64,000 nt of DNA from Utricularia gibba (lineage: Eukaryota > Plantae > Magnoliophyta). Position numbers and translations under genes: made by a program. The notes beneath the pieces were generated by a model, which saw only the letters and a list, made by a program, of their open reading frames with translations, made no database searches and was not told where the DNA came from. Shown here piece by piece: positions 21,001 through 34,216 of this stretch (position 1 is its first letter; the number at the start of each line of letters is the position of its first letter). The stretch is from contig CM007989.1 in the NCBI GenBank assembly GCA_002189035.1, positions 6,944,001 through 7,008,000 on the forward strand, read 5' to 3'.

Positions 21001-21624
21001 GTGGATGGATGGACTTTTTTATGCTACCATTACTCGGAAGATCAGTTTTCATTAGGACTTTTCTGCATTAATACATCTTGACTCTTCCCTTTAATGCATT
21101 TCTCAGCTACTCAACGTGTATGTCACGGAGTACGACAGTGGGGGCTTATATTGGCCAATAGTACACAACGCAACGGTGTTCTCTCTGGTGCTAACACAGA
21201 TAATAGCATTGGGCGTTTTTGGGATCAAACAGTCCCCGGTTGCTTCCGGATTCACCTTTCCACTGCTAATTTGCACGCTTCTGTTTCATGAGTACTGCAG
21301 GCAAAGGTTTCATCCAGTCTTCCACCGGACACCCGTTCAGGTGTAGAAACATAGGCATGGAATTTCTTTGTTGTGAATGGCAGCGCAATAGTTTCTGAGT
21401 GAATGTCTCTGTTCATGCAGATTGTAATGGAAATGGATCGCCACCGTGACTCCGGGATGATGGAAGAGATGCACCAGAAGCTGCAATCTGCTTATTGCCA
21501 GTTCTCATCTACTCCTCTCAGCTGCCACAGAACTACAGAACAAACTGATTCTGTGTTCGCTCATGCTGAGAAAGGCGACGTCGCCCAGCTAGACGATTTG
21601 GTTCGCAGTGGCTCAACTCGATGA
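18001..21624 (+). CDS. OSCA/CSC1 mechanosensitive Ca-permeable channel (OSCA2 clade); 10 coding exons; one apparent -1 frameshift at G4 18241-18244
   Basis: MNISALLTSAGIN...LRKQP, APEPSDMFWSNL, TGYLPSVIF, FFMTYVLTSGWA, FPYHTEVPRVLLF, GGLYWP. Exon 1 is 283 nt but needs 284 to give GGVDAVVF and join exon 2. Confidence 0.92.
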
Positions 21625-22049
21625 TCATATCCCAGAATGAGACCATGGATCACTGTGTCTTCACTTCCATAACACACCTACCTGCCCAGATTATTTATCA
21701 GTTACTTCATTGACAGCCAGCTCTATAGCAAGAACAGGCTGACTGCATGCATGTGATCACCCTTTTTCTGCAAAATTCTCACATCAGGTCAAAAAATGAA
21801 GATGCTGCAAGGAGGAAGATTCAGGGATCCATACAATATCTGGGTGATTTGCTATTTCAACAGTAGGGACAAAGTCAAGTGAACCCACACTGAAATCGTT
21901 TAACCATAGAGCTAACTAGTTAACTCTGATGTCAGTCAGAGAAGAGACGGAGCAAACAGCATGTTCAAATGCAACTCAAACTTATATTTCAAGTCATGAA
22001 ATCAAATGAGCAGAAACACGCAGGCCGAGCCATTGAGGACAGATGATAC

Positions 22050-24242
22050 TCAGGACGATGCCCGGAGGCTGCTCAATACGGAACTGAGAAGAGAAGCTTT
22101 GGAGGGAGACTTTTGCTTGTAGGCTTTCTCCAGCGCTGCTACAGAAAGAGATTGCAACTCCAATCCATCTTTGTCATCCTTACTTCGCCCCTTTGTTAGC
22201 TGCGCGACAGCCGATCCACACTGAAGCAACAAAGTGTCTTATCAGTTGATTGCCATTTTTTCACGATGCGCAAAGGGTATCAAAAGTAAGCACTAAGATG
22301 TGAGGGAGAGAAATCTACCAGGCACAGCCCGAAAAGAGCTCTGACATTCTTGCCCCCTGTTAAGTCAATGGTTGCAGCATAGTATTTCCTTGCTGCCTGA
22401 ATATTTTCTAGTCCTCCTAATGTGTAAAGCACCTAGAAACAAGAGGGAAGATACTAATGCTAGACAATGACACAGTGAATGGAGCACGATACAACTAATG
22501 GCATTAGTTAAGTGAGCATGAAGGTAGCTGAAAGACATTCTTACATCTGCATAAGCAAGGTGATACAATGGAACAGTTGGATGAGATAAGATCAGCTCCT
22601 CATAACAAAATGCAGCTTGCTTGTACCTAATAGTTGCAAGAAGAGTTGGGATTGGGGAACAACGTATTATATATCTTAAGCAGAGTTGAGTAGATACACT
22701 ATAGATTGCAACTCCACGAGAGAATCGCCATGGAAAAGACTTACATTTGTAGAGAGAGGTAAATTTCAGCTAATTCTCTCCAACCGTCATGATCTGCCAT
22801 GAATCTGAATAGCAATAGTCAAACACGCAACTAGATTTCCAAGTCATAAAAATGCATGCAACTCTTACATCTCAAGGTACTTGTTCAACCACTCAATTGC
22901 ATTAGAAAGATTTCCTTGAGCCTTTGCCATGGCTACCCTCCTCTTGTGAACTGCCTGAATTTCCAATACGAGATAATGGATAGACATAAGCACTTTTTTT
23001 TTCATGTGATCACAAGAACCAAACTATTTTTAGGTTTATGACATAAATCTGGAGAGCTGGAAATGAATAAAAATAGCAGTAACCAGTTGCGAACTGGAAA
23101 GTTAATCCTAATACCTGATCAAGTGGATTGTCTTCCAGCAGGCTTGCGTAAGCCTTTTCAGCCTCAGCCCATAACCCTTTGGCTTCAAGCAACATTGCTT
23201 CCAGTTTACCTGAAGCAACAATTATATCAAAAAAGAAAATTCAAAATTTTTTAAAGATCAAAAGGTTTCAAACTCCTGTCCTTGCAAGTAGACCTTTCTT
23301 ACCAATTCGTTTACTCCCAGGAAATTTCCGTTGTAGAACACCAATGTACTCCTGCAGACAAGATCATAAGCTAACCAATACCATTATCGCGGTGTTGTCA
23401 TTTTTGAAAAGACAACCAGATGATCACCCAAAGAAACTCATTAATACAGTTCTCTCAAATTCCCCTGAATGATTTTTTCCCACACACACACACAGAATAT
23501 TGGGAGGAACTCTAACCTTTGCTATATCAAGAGTTTGGCAGTCCATAGCTGCAACAGCCACTTGTTCGTACAGTGTCCATTCTACATCAACGGAGGGAGA
23601 GCTAATTCAATACGACAAAATCCCTCAAAAATATTTGCAAATACAAGTAATTTGGACATGAAATAGATGACAACCGAGTATACAAGTTACACAATTTGTT
23701 ATCTAACACAAGCAAGTCTCTTGTTGTCTCAAAACGCACGCACTACCGAAGAACAAGCCTTGTGTATCTTTGGAGACAACTTTGAGCATATAAGTTTAAC
23801 AGCAATATCTCCCGATAAGAAAACACAGGTATGTTTCATAGACAAATCAGAATGCCAATACTGATCCTCATACAAAAGCATAAAACCGTATGGTTCAAGT
23901 AGCAGGAATACCCACAATGAATTCAGAGGATAACCAAATGACTCAATACGAACATCAATGTGATTGGGAACTGGAAATTATTTGGAAACGACTACGAACC
24001 TCTCAGTGAACGAACCCTTCAATAAAAGCTAAAAAGGAGAGAAAGAAAAGGATACCTTCAGAGCCAATCGCAGATCTCTTTTTAACGTCGTTAAGAATCT
24101 CTAATCCGTACTTCAAAACCCTGTCCGAGCGACGGAGCTTAAGTTTTCGGACAAGACAGAGATATTCCCATGCGCCGCCTCCCCCATTCTCCACCTGGTT
24201 TTCCAATCGATTGACTTGCTCTTCCTCTGTTTTGCTCACCAT
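22050..24242 (-). CDS. EMC2: ER membrane protein complex subunit 2 (TPR protein); multi-exon
   Basis: MVSKTEEEQVNRLENQVENGGGGAWEYLCLVRKLK; EWTLYEQVAVAAMDCQ; KLEAMLLEAKGLWAEAEKAY; FMADHDGWRELAEIY; YKQAAFCYEELIL. Confidence 0.93.
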
Positions 24243-24633
24243 TTTCGCTTTTCTCGCACTCTCCGCCGCCGCCCTTGATCGTTTGCCACTCCGGTGATTT
24301 CTTTCAATCGACGGCGACGATATGTGATCGGAATCAAATTCCGAGCTCCCGGAAATTTGCTCGCTCCTTTAACTGATTGGGCGGCGCATTGACCTCAAGC
24401 CCATTTCATTATTCCCCCAATATTTTTATCTTTCCAGTAAACTTGACCTTTAACTGAATAACAGGCCTCAGAATATCCGTCACTCACCAGCAAAATTGAA
24501 CTTCGTAACTCAATCAGGTTCTTTGAGGTAAAAGACACAACTTTAGTTACATGGGATTCTAAAAAATATGGCTCAACTCACAATACAAAGAAAAAGTTTT
24601 TTTTTTTTCTTGCAGGGAAAATGCTAATCTAAT

Positions 24634-25487
24634 CTAATCCTCCTATAAAGTGAGAGAATCGTTGCAGACGATTGATTCTTGCAAGGAAAATGCTGAAAGC
24701 TAAGGATTTTCTTCAGCTGTGCCATCTGAGCGACCACGGTTTCCTTCTCTTGCTCCAATGTCACGAAGTTGTTGCTGGTGGCCTCTTTCATCTCCACAAT
24801 GGAGACATGAGTAAACACTTCTCCTACTTGGAACCGCACGATTTCCTTGTCTGTAGAAATCATCTCTTTGCCCGCATCCTCAAAGCTTTCGTTTGCTTCC
24901 TAGGCATGAGTGATTCGGTGAAATATGTTAGCAAGGACCCAAATTGATGCCATTTCCATAACAAAGTTCAATGCATCACTTGAACAGAAAGGAGAGCCCA
25001 CCTTAGCCTGGAACTCTTATGTGCATTATTTATAACTAGTGCAAATTAAAACAGAACAAAAGCTTACAGACCAGACTTTGTCCTGAGTATTTTCAGAAGA
25101 TGAAGTGTAATGGGATAACATTATGTGGTTGGATCAAATGTCTACAAGCAAAAGCAAACAAGTGGCTCCTTGCTAGTTGAAGCATAGTTGAGAAACACCA
25201 TCCACAGAGCAACGTTTTGGAAAAAAAGATAGGTAAGCCGAGCCATCTGAAGGGGAACTTAACCTCTTTTTAGCATTAAGGTTGTCAAAGCTACGTTTTC
25301 TGATGCCATGGTAGAATTCAGACAATAAACAAAAATTTCAATGCTGCACAACAAAGCAATGACAACTTTCCACACGGCTACCTTAGCAATCTTGGCTTCA
25401 TCTTCGAAATCGTGCAACTAATTGTTGAATCTCCCAAAATTGTTGATACTCCGCTGATCACGCCATCTCCACCTCAGATCCCCCAGG
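24634..25487 (-). pseudogene. PFD4: Prefoldin subunit 4 pseudogene, introns retained
   Basis: GSEVE..W.DQRSINNFGRFNN*LHDFEDEAKIAK | [65 protein letters not shown]. In-frame TAG at 25420-25418, a small frameshifting deletion, an internal deletion and a 3' insertion. Confidence 0.85.
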
Positions 25488-25841
25488 CTAAAGAGAGGAA
25501 TCACAATACAAGCAAGCAAAAATTTCAACAGAGAACGCCCACAACGAAGATGGATATCCTGAAAAAATGACAAACGAGCAACTTGACCCGCGAAGAGCCT
25601 GCTTACAGTTTTTAGCGTCAGAAAGGCCTGTTTACAGCCTACGCCGATTCGCCGGACATGGCAGAGTGATACCATTTACGATGACGCTGTTTGAGAGGCG
25701 GGCGACACTGTAAGGCTCCAGGAATCGTTAATTTTAGTATTTATCTATATTACAAATCCCACCCCATTCTTTCAAATAATTGCGTAAAGGGCCTCATAAC
25801 CATGATGATCATCATTTGCAGTAAGATGCATTCTCTACAGT

Positions 25842-28467
25842 CTACAGGGTAAGTTGCAGCTGAGGGGCTTCATTTGTTTCCATTCTGGAGTCTAGACCGG
25901 GAAACTGCCCAATGTCATATGATTCCAGCGGATGGAACTCGTTATGCAGACCTACAGCGAACTCATCTGGAGAAGTTCCACCACTTTGGAAGTAATCAGC
26001 TATCTGCATCCAAAGCCGATTTCAGTAAGAAGTTCTTCAATTGACAAGGTTTTTATGTAGAACAGATATGCGTTGCAGAGAAACAAGTAAATATCAGCAA
26101 GCAGGAGCTTGGAGCATGAAAGGAGCTGAGAAGAAGGAAAGATCATGGACTTGCATGATTTGCCAGAGCCATGCCACTTAAGGCTGCAGCTTCTAAGCTT
26201 GAGCCCAGCAGCCAATCACCGCAGATTCCTGCTCTTCCGTGTGGATCAAAGATACAGGGTATGCCTGGAGAATTCGTAGGAAGAGCTGCGCCCCTGTTAC
26301 ACAAGGGATCGATCATTCAAGGATTTATTAATAATATATCCCAAGCAATAGAAGGATTCAAGTTCTTTCCAAGGGATCACAGCTTCTGATTCCAACTCCA
26401 TATATAATGTGAAGCATAGTTTGATTTCTATCATTAAGGGAAACTGCATACCATAATTGAACTCTAGTGTAGAACGGCCTTTGAAGAGAGTTCTTTTTCA
26501 GGCCTAAAGCAACCTCCGCACCTTCAAGAATGGCTTCCTTTACCTTTTCTGCTGTAACAGAAGGAATACTCTCCTGTAGGATAGTGGGAAACAGCAGCAT
26601 TGTGAAGTTATCATTAAGGAAGTCCAAGTTATTTCCTGCTGATGGCTTCAGAGCCAAAAATCACCATATGAAACCAGACTCCTTACTATTCTAAAGTTAA
26701 AAGTTTGCCCCTGTCTACAATGCATAGCATGTGCTGAATTGTGAGCCAGTGATGTTTTACCCAAATTTCCCACTAGGCATGATTTTTTGTTACCAAAAAA
26801 AATGATGTTACTATACAACAACTGCAGTTTGAGTATTTGAGGCTGACCTGGGGTACTTTGTTCTGTTTCCCAAAAGAAGCTGTGCTAAAAAACGTCCAAC
26901 AGTGGGCTGCACTTCTTTGAGTAGCCATTAGCTTCTTGCTGTTGTTCCCCATCCAAGAGAGGCTATCGATTCCTTTAATGAAGGCCCCCTCTAAGGGTTC
27001 TCCATGCTCAGTAAGTGGAACAGGAAGTGGATCCTCGAATGCTGCCATGAGAGCCCATATGGAGCTCAACTCCAGCCTCTGTGTTGCAAAACCGATTAAA
27101 AAAAGGCATCAAATAGAATAACAATGGATTCAGCAGAGCACATAGTTGTTCAAAGTACCTTCATCTGTCTAGCAACCAGAGGTAAGCCAGAGGAAGCAAG
27201 CAACCGGTTAGCACATTTACCTGTTTCCATTGTCAGAAGACAAGAAACTTCGTTTCAAAGTTTGATCACGTTCCAAGCAAGAGGCAGTGAAAATGCAATC
27301 TAAGAAAATACCAGCATTTGTTTGTAGAATTAAACTAGAACATATAGCCTTAGATTATAGCTACTGAAAAAGCACATTTCTCTAACGTGGCTTTACCATT
27401 ATGTGCGATAACGATGGCATCGAAGTGGCCACAAGGCTTCCCGTTCTCACTCAAATGCCATAATCCATTATATGGCTCTAGTTTACTCACCCAGCAAGGG
27501 CGCACCACCTTCGCCAAAGATGTCTGCTAGAAGCAAGTTACACTAATGAATCATGATGTAGGCACTGAAATGCGAATCTCAAAGCTTTTGCTTAAGAGTG
27601 CAATCAACAAACTTCATAAAGACTGGAAACACAGGCGATAAGGAAGTGCAAATGGAAAAAGTCATTAAGTGACATGTTTGATGCATTGAGCTAACAGTGT
27701 ATATATGCACAAAGGGATGTACTTCTTGCAGATAGATGTTATATAACTTAAGAACGTGCACCTTGGAAAGTATTGAATCTGCGAGAGGCCGCATCCCAGA
27801 GGCCCCTATGTATTTTGGTGGAAGAGATGGGAGTGGAAGAAAACGCCCGCCAGCCTCAAGCATTCCAACTGCACCATTCCATTGACTGACAAGGCCATTC
27901 ATGGCCCATGAGTCTACCAGCTTAGAAAATTCAGGATCCGAAACCGTAAAGAACTGAGCTGCATGATCAAAGATCAGGGATTGTGGATCAATAACTCTGG
28001 TCCCCATCCTTCCTCCTAATCCATGAATTCCCTGTTGCATACGGCCAAATAACTCAACAGAAGTGGCATGAAATGCGATTAGCATTGCCTCTAATCCACA
28101 GAAAGATTGAGGACTAGTAAATTGAGGAGCAAACCGTGTCGAAGACAGTGGAACTGATGCCTCTCTTCTCCAAATAGAGTGCGCAAACAAGACCAGAAAT
28201 CCCACCTCCGATAATCCCCACAACAGGGTCATTCTCTATCTTTATCGGAGAGGTAAAGTTCACCTGCTCTTGCGAAAAACTCTTCTTGAGTGCGGAGCGC
28301 CTTGAAGCTCCTCTGGAATGTCTCCTTTTCGGTGGGCGTTCACTGAATTTATCACTGTTTTCATCAGTTCGACAATGGAAGCGAGCTCGTGAAAGGGATG
28401 GCTTAAATGCGATTGCAGATGAGAAAGGGAGAAAGTTTGATGCTGTAGCGCGACAAACTACGCTCAT
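25842..28467 (-). CDS. FAD/NAD(P)-binding oxidoreductase, renalase-like, with N-terminal transit-like peptide
   Basis: VGIIGGGISGL Rossmann motif, GLGGRMGTR, FDHAAQFF, GMRPLAD, CGDWLLGSSLEAAALSG. The last intron (26154-26004) has a GC donor. Confidence 0.9.
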
Positions 28468-28829
28468 GGCAAGTATTGCAGGAGCGCTGTTCTGTTCACT
28501 TCTTAAATCTGAGCGCTCAGTAAGGTATCTATCCTAGAAAAATCTGAACTTTGAACTCAACTTTTACGAAACCCGGTTCTCAAAATCTCCAGCCTCATCC
28601 AGAAGTTACCCAATTCACAAAATCTACTTCCTTTCCTTTTACTTCCCTCCATTATTCTTTTGCTGTTTGCTGCTACAATGCAGAAACCGTTTTCATAGCA
28701 CCAGAGGGCATGGACAGAGCAACCGAGCCCAACTACAAGACATAATTTTACATTTCGAAGTTTGAAGTCTCATGATTCTTTTTGAACGACACAAATAGTT
28801 TTTCATGCTTAACTAGCAAGACACAAACT

Positions 28830-30366
28830 TCACGACTCGGCAGCGATGTCTGGATTGCTTTTCCCTTCACCACCAGACATTTTGATTGTCTCTTTGATCT
28901 GTCGAGGGCGACTTCTGACCTTGATAGATCCATTTGGAGTGGGAGAACCATTCTGAGCCTTGCTTTTTGAGCTCATTGGGGAGGCTTTTGCTTCCTTTGT
29001 AGATCCAATGCTATGACGAGTTGCTCGCCCACAATGTATCGATTCGGGTGTCGCTTTTGTGACTGCATCTCCACAGCTCTTTCTCCGGGTAAGATTTGGT
29101 GATTTCGCTCGGGTAACTGGTAACTGTAAATGACAAGACACGGATCAAAAGCCTTCCTTGACATGAGCTAAAGCTACCATGGGACAAATAACAAGAAAAG
29201 AAAGACCCCATATACAGCTCAAGGACAAAGAACAGGGGGATAGATAGCCCGGCAAAGACGAAGGGTGTGCAAACGTTGTTTATATGCATGAAAGTATATG
29301 TGCATAGGATTAAAAAAGGGAAGCAGGGCCAAGCCACGTCTCTATCTGTACCTTTTTCAGCTCAACTTTAGCAGGTGGTCCTTCACGATAGAAACTAGGA
29401 ACTGGATTTGCCTTGTAGCTCATGTTCTTCCTCAGCAACTTTATGGCTGCTTCATCTTCTTCCTAGTGGATTTGAATGCACAAATGAAACAGCATTAAAT
29501 TCTAAATTAAAGGCATGAATCCAAGAATAAAAACTAATCCCATAGGTAGCTTCTTGCCTTAACTCTGGCTTCATAGTCATGCTTCTCTTTCTCTAAGGCC
29601 CTGTGTTTTTCTTCCAACTTGGTGTAGAACTAGCAGAGAAAGGAAGAATAATCAGGACACTGAAATCAACTGAAAAGCATTTGTTCACCATGGTGTACCT
29701 CCTTACGCCTCTCCAGTCGATCAACACAAGTGAACTTCGGAGCAACTGGAACAGTAACTTTGGTATGTATGGAAGTCGCAGTGATAAGCCCATAAGGAAA
29801 ATGCAATTGCAAGAACATAAAAGACAACCACCGAAATGAATAGAAATGAGAAACAGGCAAAGATATTACAGTAAGCAGTAACAATGAATGCGAACATAGG
29901 ATATGAGGAAGCCAATGACCAATTGTCCTCTTCGTCATAGTGACTTTTGATAACATGATAGCGCTGCTTAGTTGCTGCTACTTGAAGTTTTGGCTGGTAT
30001 ACATATAAAAAGCATATAGTATATGAGAAAAGGCATAAGATTCAGAGCATACACAGGTTGAATAAATCCACTGACCTCAAGTTTTTTCTCAGCTCCATTG
30101 ATCCCAATGGCTGAAAATGCTGCTACAGTTTCAAAAGTCGAGCCTAGAGTCATCCCAGACAGATTCCCAGCCTCAGCGTCGATAATTTTTTCAACAGTAG
30201 GGGTGCCTTTCCAAGTATGATCATCATGAATGCGACCATTTGTTCCAACTTTTTCCGGTGAGCCCTTCACAGCAACTTTCGCTGTACCATTGATGGAATT
30301 TCTGAATTTACTCTTGATCCCATTTGCCTTCTCGTTGACACGCAGCCCAGCAACATCCTTAACCAT
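28830..30366 (-). CDS. WDL: WVD2-like (WDL) TPX2-domain microtubule-associated protein; exons 30366-30076, 29993-29905, 29780-29699, 29629-29558, 29462-29352, 29123-28830
   Basis: DEEDNWSLASS|ATSIHTKVTVPVAPKF..RLERRKE|FYTKLEEKH (KLEEK motif)..|EEDEAAIKLLRKNMSYKANPVPSFY..|LPVTRAKSP. Intron 2 is AT-AC; intron 4 is probably GC-AG. Confidence 0.92.
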
Positions 30367-31691
30367 TTCCCTGCAGGGATGGACAGAACAAAATTTCCCA
30401 AGAACGAAATTAACTTCCCGAGAGAAGTCCACGCGTACATAATGAAAATTGGAAACTATGTGCTGATACAACAGTCAAAGGAGAGCCTTTTATGTAGGCC
30501 CGCAATCTCCATTGCCGCTTCTTTGTTTCAAAACTCGTGTCAAGTCAGACTCCACCTTTAAGAACCCAAACAAAAGCAAGCAGAGCGATTCCGAAAAGAT
30601 CCAAAACCCCAAGCATTCACTTCCTCAAATACAAGCAAAAACTGCAAAAACAGCCCCTTGGAAAAAAAAAAAGACTCGCGCTTTTCCAAACAGAACAGAA
30701 ATATAAACTAGACCATAAGTGTGCATACCAATTCTCCAGAAAAACGCATAAAATTAGGTTGAGCAAACAGAGCGAGACACAGCTTGAAAAACACAAGAAT
30801 CACCGTGATGTCCCCAGAAGGAGATAACCCAAATGCGCGAATTTTGAGCAAGAAACGTAAAGGGTCTTACAAAAAAAATGGGTCCTGTTTCTCCTTCCTC
30901 GCTGTCTCCGATCTGGGTAGCAAGACCAATAGATACGTCCCCCACCACCTCCACGGTCACACCTTCAACAAAAGAACGTGACCCCAACTCACTTTCGCTC
31001 TCTTTCTCTTTCTCCTCCTCCTGTGGTGATCGTACTGACTGAGGTTTCTCCTCTCCTCTCCTCTCCTCAGCAAAGCAGCAGTCCTCTCAGAGAGAAAACA
31101 ACAATAAAAGCGAAAAGAGAAAGAAGCAGGCGTCTAGGTTCTGGCGCTGAATGAAAGCCGTTACTCCAGCCGCTGATGCTGATTTCTTAAAGCCATGCTC
31201 CTCATTCAATGCCTCCGTCGACACATCAAATACTCCTCGAAATTCCCCAAATCCCCCATTACCATTTAAATTCAGCAACCCACTTTCCAAGTCGGTAAAA
31301 GGTGACAACCCCGGCCGTCCCCTTTTTCTCCCTGGCGGGAAAATATATTACCCTAATACGTAGCTTTCTTCGTCGCCAAGGATGAGGACAATGGAGGTGA
31401 GAGCTAACGGCGTTACTTAACGGCAAAAAAGCAGAAGAAAAGTCTAAAGCGTCGGGGGTTGGAGTGGTGGGAAGGAAAGAGACGGAACGCAGTTTGGATT
31501 TGACGGCTGGTTAGACGACTCCCCTCAATCCATTTCACACGCTTCACTAATTGACAATTATCAATTATTAGGTGATCACAACACCCCACCACCCCCCGCT
31601 CTAATCCTCTTCCCCTTTATTAATTAATTACGTAATTATCCCTACCTTTTTCTTTTTAATAACTAATCCAAATTATATTCCAAATTCCAAA

Positions 31692-31730
<39 letters not shown>
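31692..31730. repeat. (ATT)13 microsatellite
   Basis: Directly visible perfect trinucleotide run. Confidence 0.95.
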
Positions 31731-31732
<2 letters not shown>

Positions 31733-33330
31733 GCCCTAGATCCACGTGCACATAAATGGATATTTGAAAATGGGGTACAGCTCATCATGCATTTGACCCT
31801 ATTAAAAATAAATTACACTTATTTTATGATATTGATTCAATAATTTTTAATTATATTGTAAAAAATACATTATTTAAATATTCATGATTTTAACACTCTC
31901 AAAATTTGATTATTATAACAAAACTAATCATTTATGTCGTATTTATTTGCATGTTAGATAATTTTTTTAATGTGATGTGATTCATAATTGTTCATATAAT
32001 TAATAAATTATATTATTTTTTTATGATTAAAAAATAATAGTTGGAAATTGGTTTATTTTCCCTATGTATTGATGCTATGATGATTTTTAAATACTGTATT
32101 GTATAGGATAAATAAGTGAATAAATATTATATTAAAAAATAAATGGGTTGTGCACCAAGCTCATGGAATCATGTAATAGTGTATAAGTTTTAAAAATGAT
32201 GTTTGTCGGCCATAGGTGTAGCCATTTTAATAATGAGTCCCCTTTTTAGGTACAAATGCAATAATTAGAAAAATGTCTGGGCGGCAAATGAGATCAAAAT
32301 AAAGTTTTTGGGTTTTTAGTAAGTTTCTTTTTAATTCTGTTTCTTGAAAAACAGCTTTTGATAAAATATAATTTGAGTTTCTACATTTTTAAATTATATT
32401 TTTCTATTATGTAATTTTGTTTACATTTGATTATAAAATGGTAATGTCTACTAAAAAAGTAGAAATGTAAACATATTTCTTATTATTAGAATTCAACCTC
32501 GATTTTATTAAAAATATTTTTCAAGAAAAACGATAAAATAACCCACACTAACTTGTTTGTTTTAATGCCTCGCTATGTTTTCAACTCACCCCCATTAATC
32601 GATAAGTTAAATCGTTTAACCAGCTGTAGTCAAATATCTAATTATCTGTTCTGGACATTAACATTTTTTTTATTTTTAAAAATAATAATAATTATTAGGA
32701 TTTCAAAAATATGATGTACTGTAAATAATTTCTTTAATTTTATCAAAAATTTACTTCAAAAAGTAATTTGATCTGATAATCGTGCTATTTGATGGACTCA
32801 AAAACACTAATGATTTATCTTGGATAATGAATTTTATAATTTATTTTTTTGTCTTCAGAAAACATTTCATGTGACTTTGTCGCCTGTGTAATTTTTTTGA
32901 TAATAAAAAATGAATATATATTATTAAAAATTAAATCAATTTACTATTATGTTATTATTATTTGATATTTTAATAAGATTTAATATAGTTTTTTTAAAAA
33001 ATATATTTTTATTAATTTCGAGCTTAATTGATCAAAATTGGTTCCAAACATAGATGTCCAGGGCTGTTATGAAACTTGTAAGAAGGTCCAAGAACGTCTA
33101 GAATCTTCCGAGGAAGAAAGAAGGCAAATCGAAGAGTAGAATCTAAACAAGGAAGCACCTCATCTGCGACCATCGTCGTTGCACAAGCAAAACTAACGGG
33201 CTCGAAGCAACCCTCTGCCCCTCGTTAGTAGTTTCCTGTCGAAGGAAAGAAAACGCCATTCTCGATCCTGGCAACTCAATGTGTGCATATATATAGAGAA
33301 AGAGACGCAGGAAAAGGGAGGGGTGCAGAA

Positions 33331-34216
33331 ATGGCGATGAGACCAAGAGGCGGCGCCGGCGGCACTCCGAGACGTACTGCTTCCAGGCCGGGAGGCGGCG
33401 GGGTCCGGCCGGTTTACGAGACCTTCAAGCCCTCGTCTGCGTGGGAGCAGGACGATGAATCCCACATTCTTAAAGTCAATCTTCCTGGTTAGTACACAGA
33501 CATGGGAATTCCCTGTATCTCACATTGTTAAAAAGGATATACTCGGCTCTTTCTCTTCCCATTTCTCAGGCTTCATGAAGGAGCAGCTCAAGGTCTCAAC
33601 TGAACCCAACAACATCATTCGAGTTCGCGGCGAACGCCATGATTCCGGCAACAAATGGAGCCAATTCACAGAAGATTTCAAAGTTCCCGCAGATTCCAAA
33701 CTGAACTCTGTTCGTGCTAAGTTCCATGCAGGCACACTTACCATCACTGTCCCTAAAACCAAACCAGATACCAACCAGAAACAACCCCCTCCGGAGACGA
33801 AACAACCCCCGAATCCCATTCCCAAACCTTCGGAACCATCCAGCAGTTCAGTAGCTCAGAAGGCGCCTGGAGATCATGATCCAATCGAGAGCAAGACCGC
33901 CACCCCGCCATCAGCTGCTGCAGCTGAATCCAGGCAAGGTCGTGAGGCGCAAGAGGTTATTGATAAGCCAAAGGAAATGGAAAGCGGGGAGCAGGGAAAG
34001 GAGAAAAAGGAGTTCGAGAAAGCAGAAACTTCCAAGAAAAGGGTAAAGCAAGAATCATATGCAACAATGGCGACTAAGAAATTCAAGAATGCAGTCAAGG
34101 GGCTGGCTGAGCTTGATGAAGACAGGAGACTGCTGGTCAACATGGGAGCAGCTGTGATTGTCATAATGACATTCACGGCATATGTTACCTACAAGTTCTC
34201 CTCAGGGAAAGGGTAA
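33331..34216 (+). CDS. Alpha-crystallin-domain (HSP20-like) protein with C-terminal transmembrane segment, RTM2/SLI1-like; exons 33331-33487, 33570-34216
   Basis: YETFKP..LKVNLPG|FMKEQLKV..RVRGER..F.EDFKVP..VRAKFHAGTLTITVP; Pro-rich linker; LLVNMGAAVIVIMTFTAYV tail anchor. Confidence 0.88.

Noticed and set aside
31087-31363. Overlapping short ORFs upstream of WDL
   Set aside because: Promoter-region sequence with no homology cues. Probably spurious.
31740-33060. Long AT-rich intergenic tract
   Set aside because: May contain old MITEs, but I could not define convincing termini.
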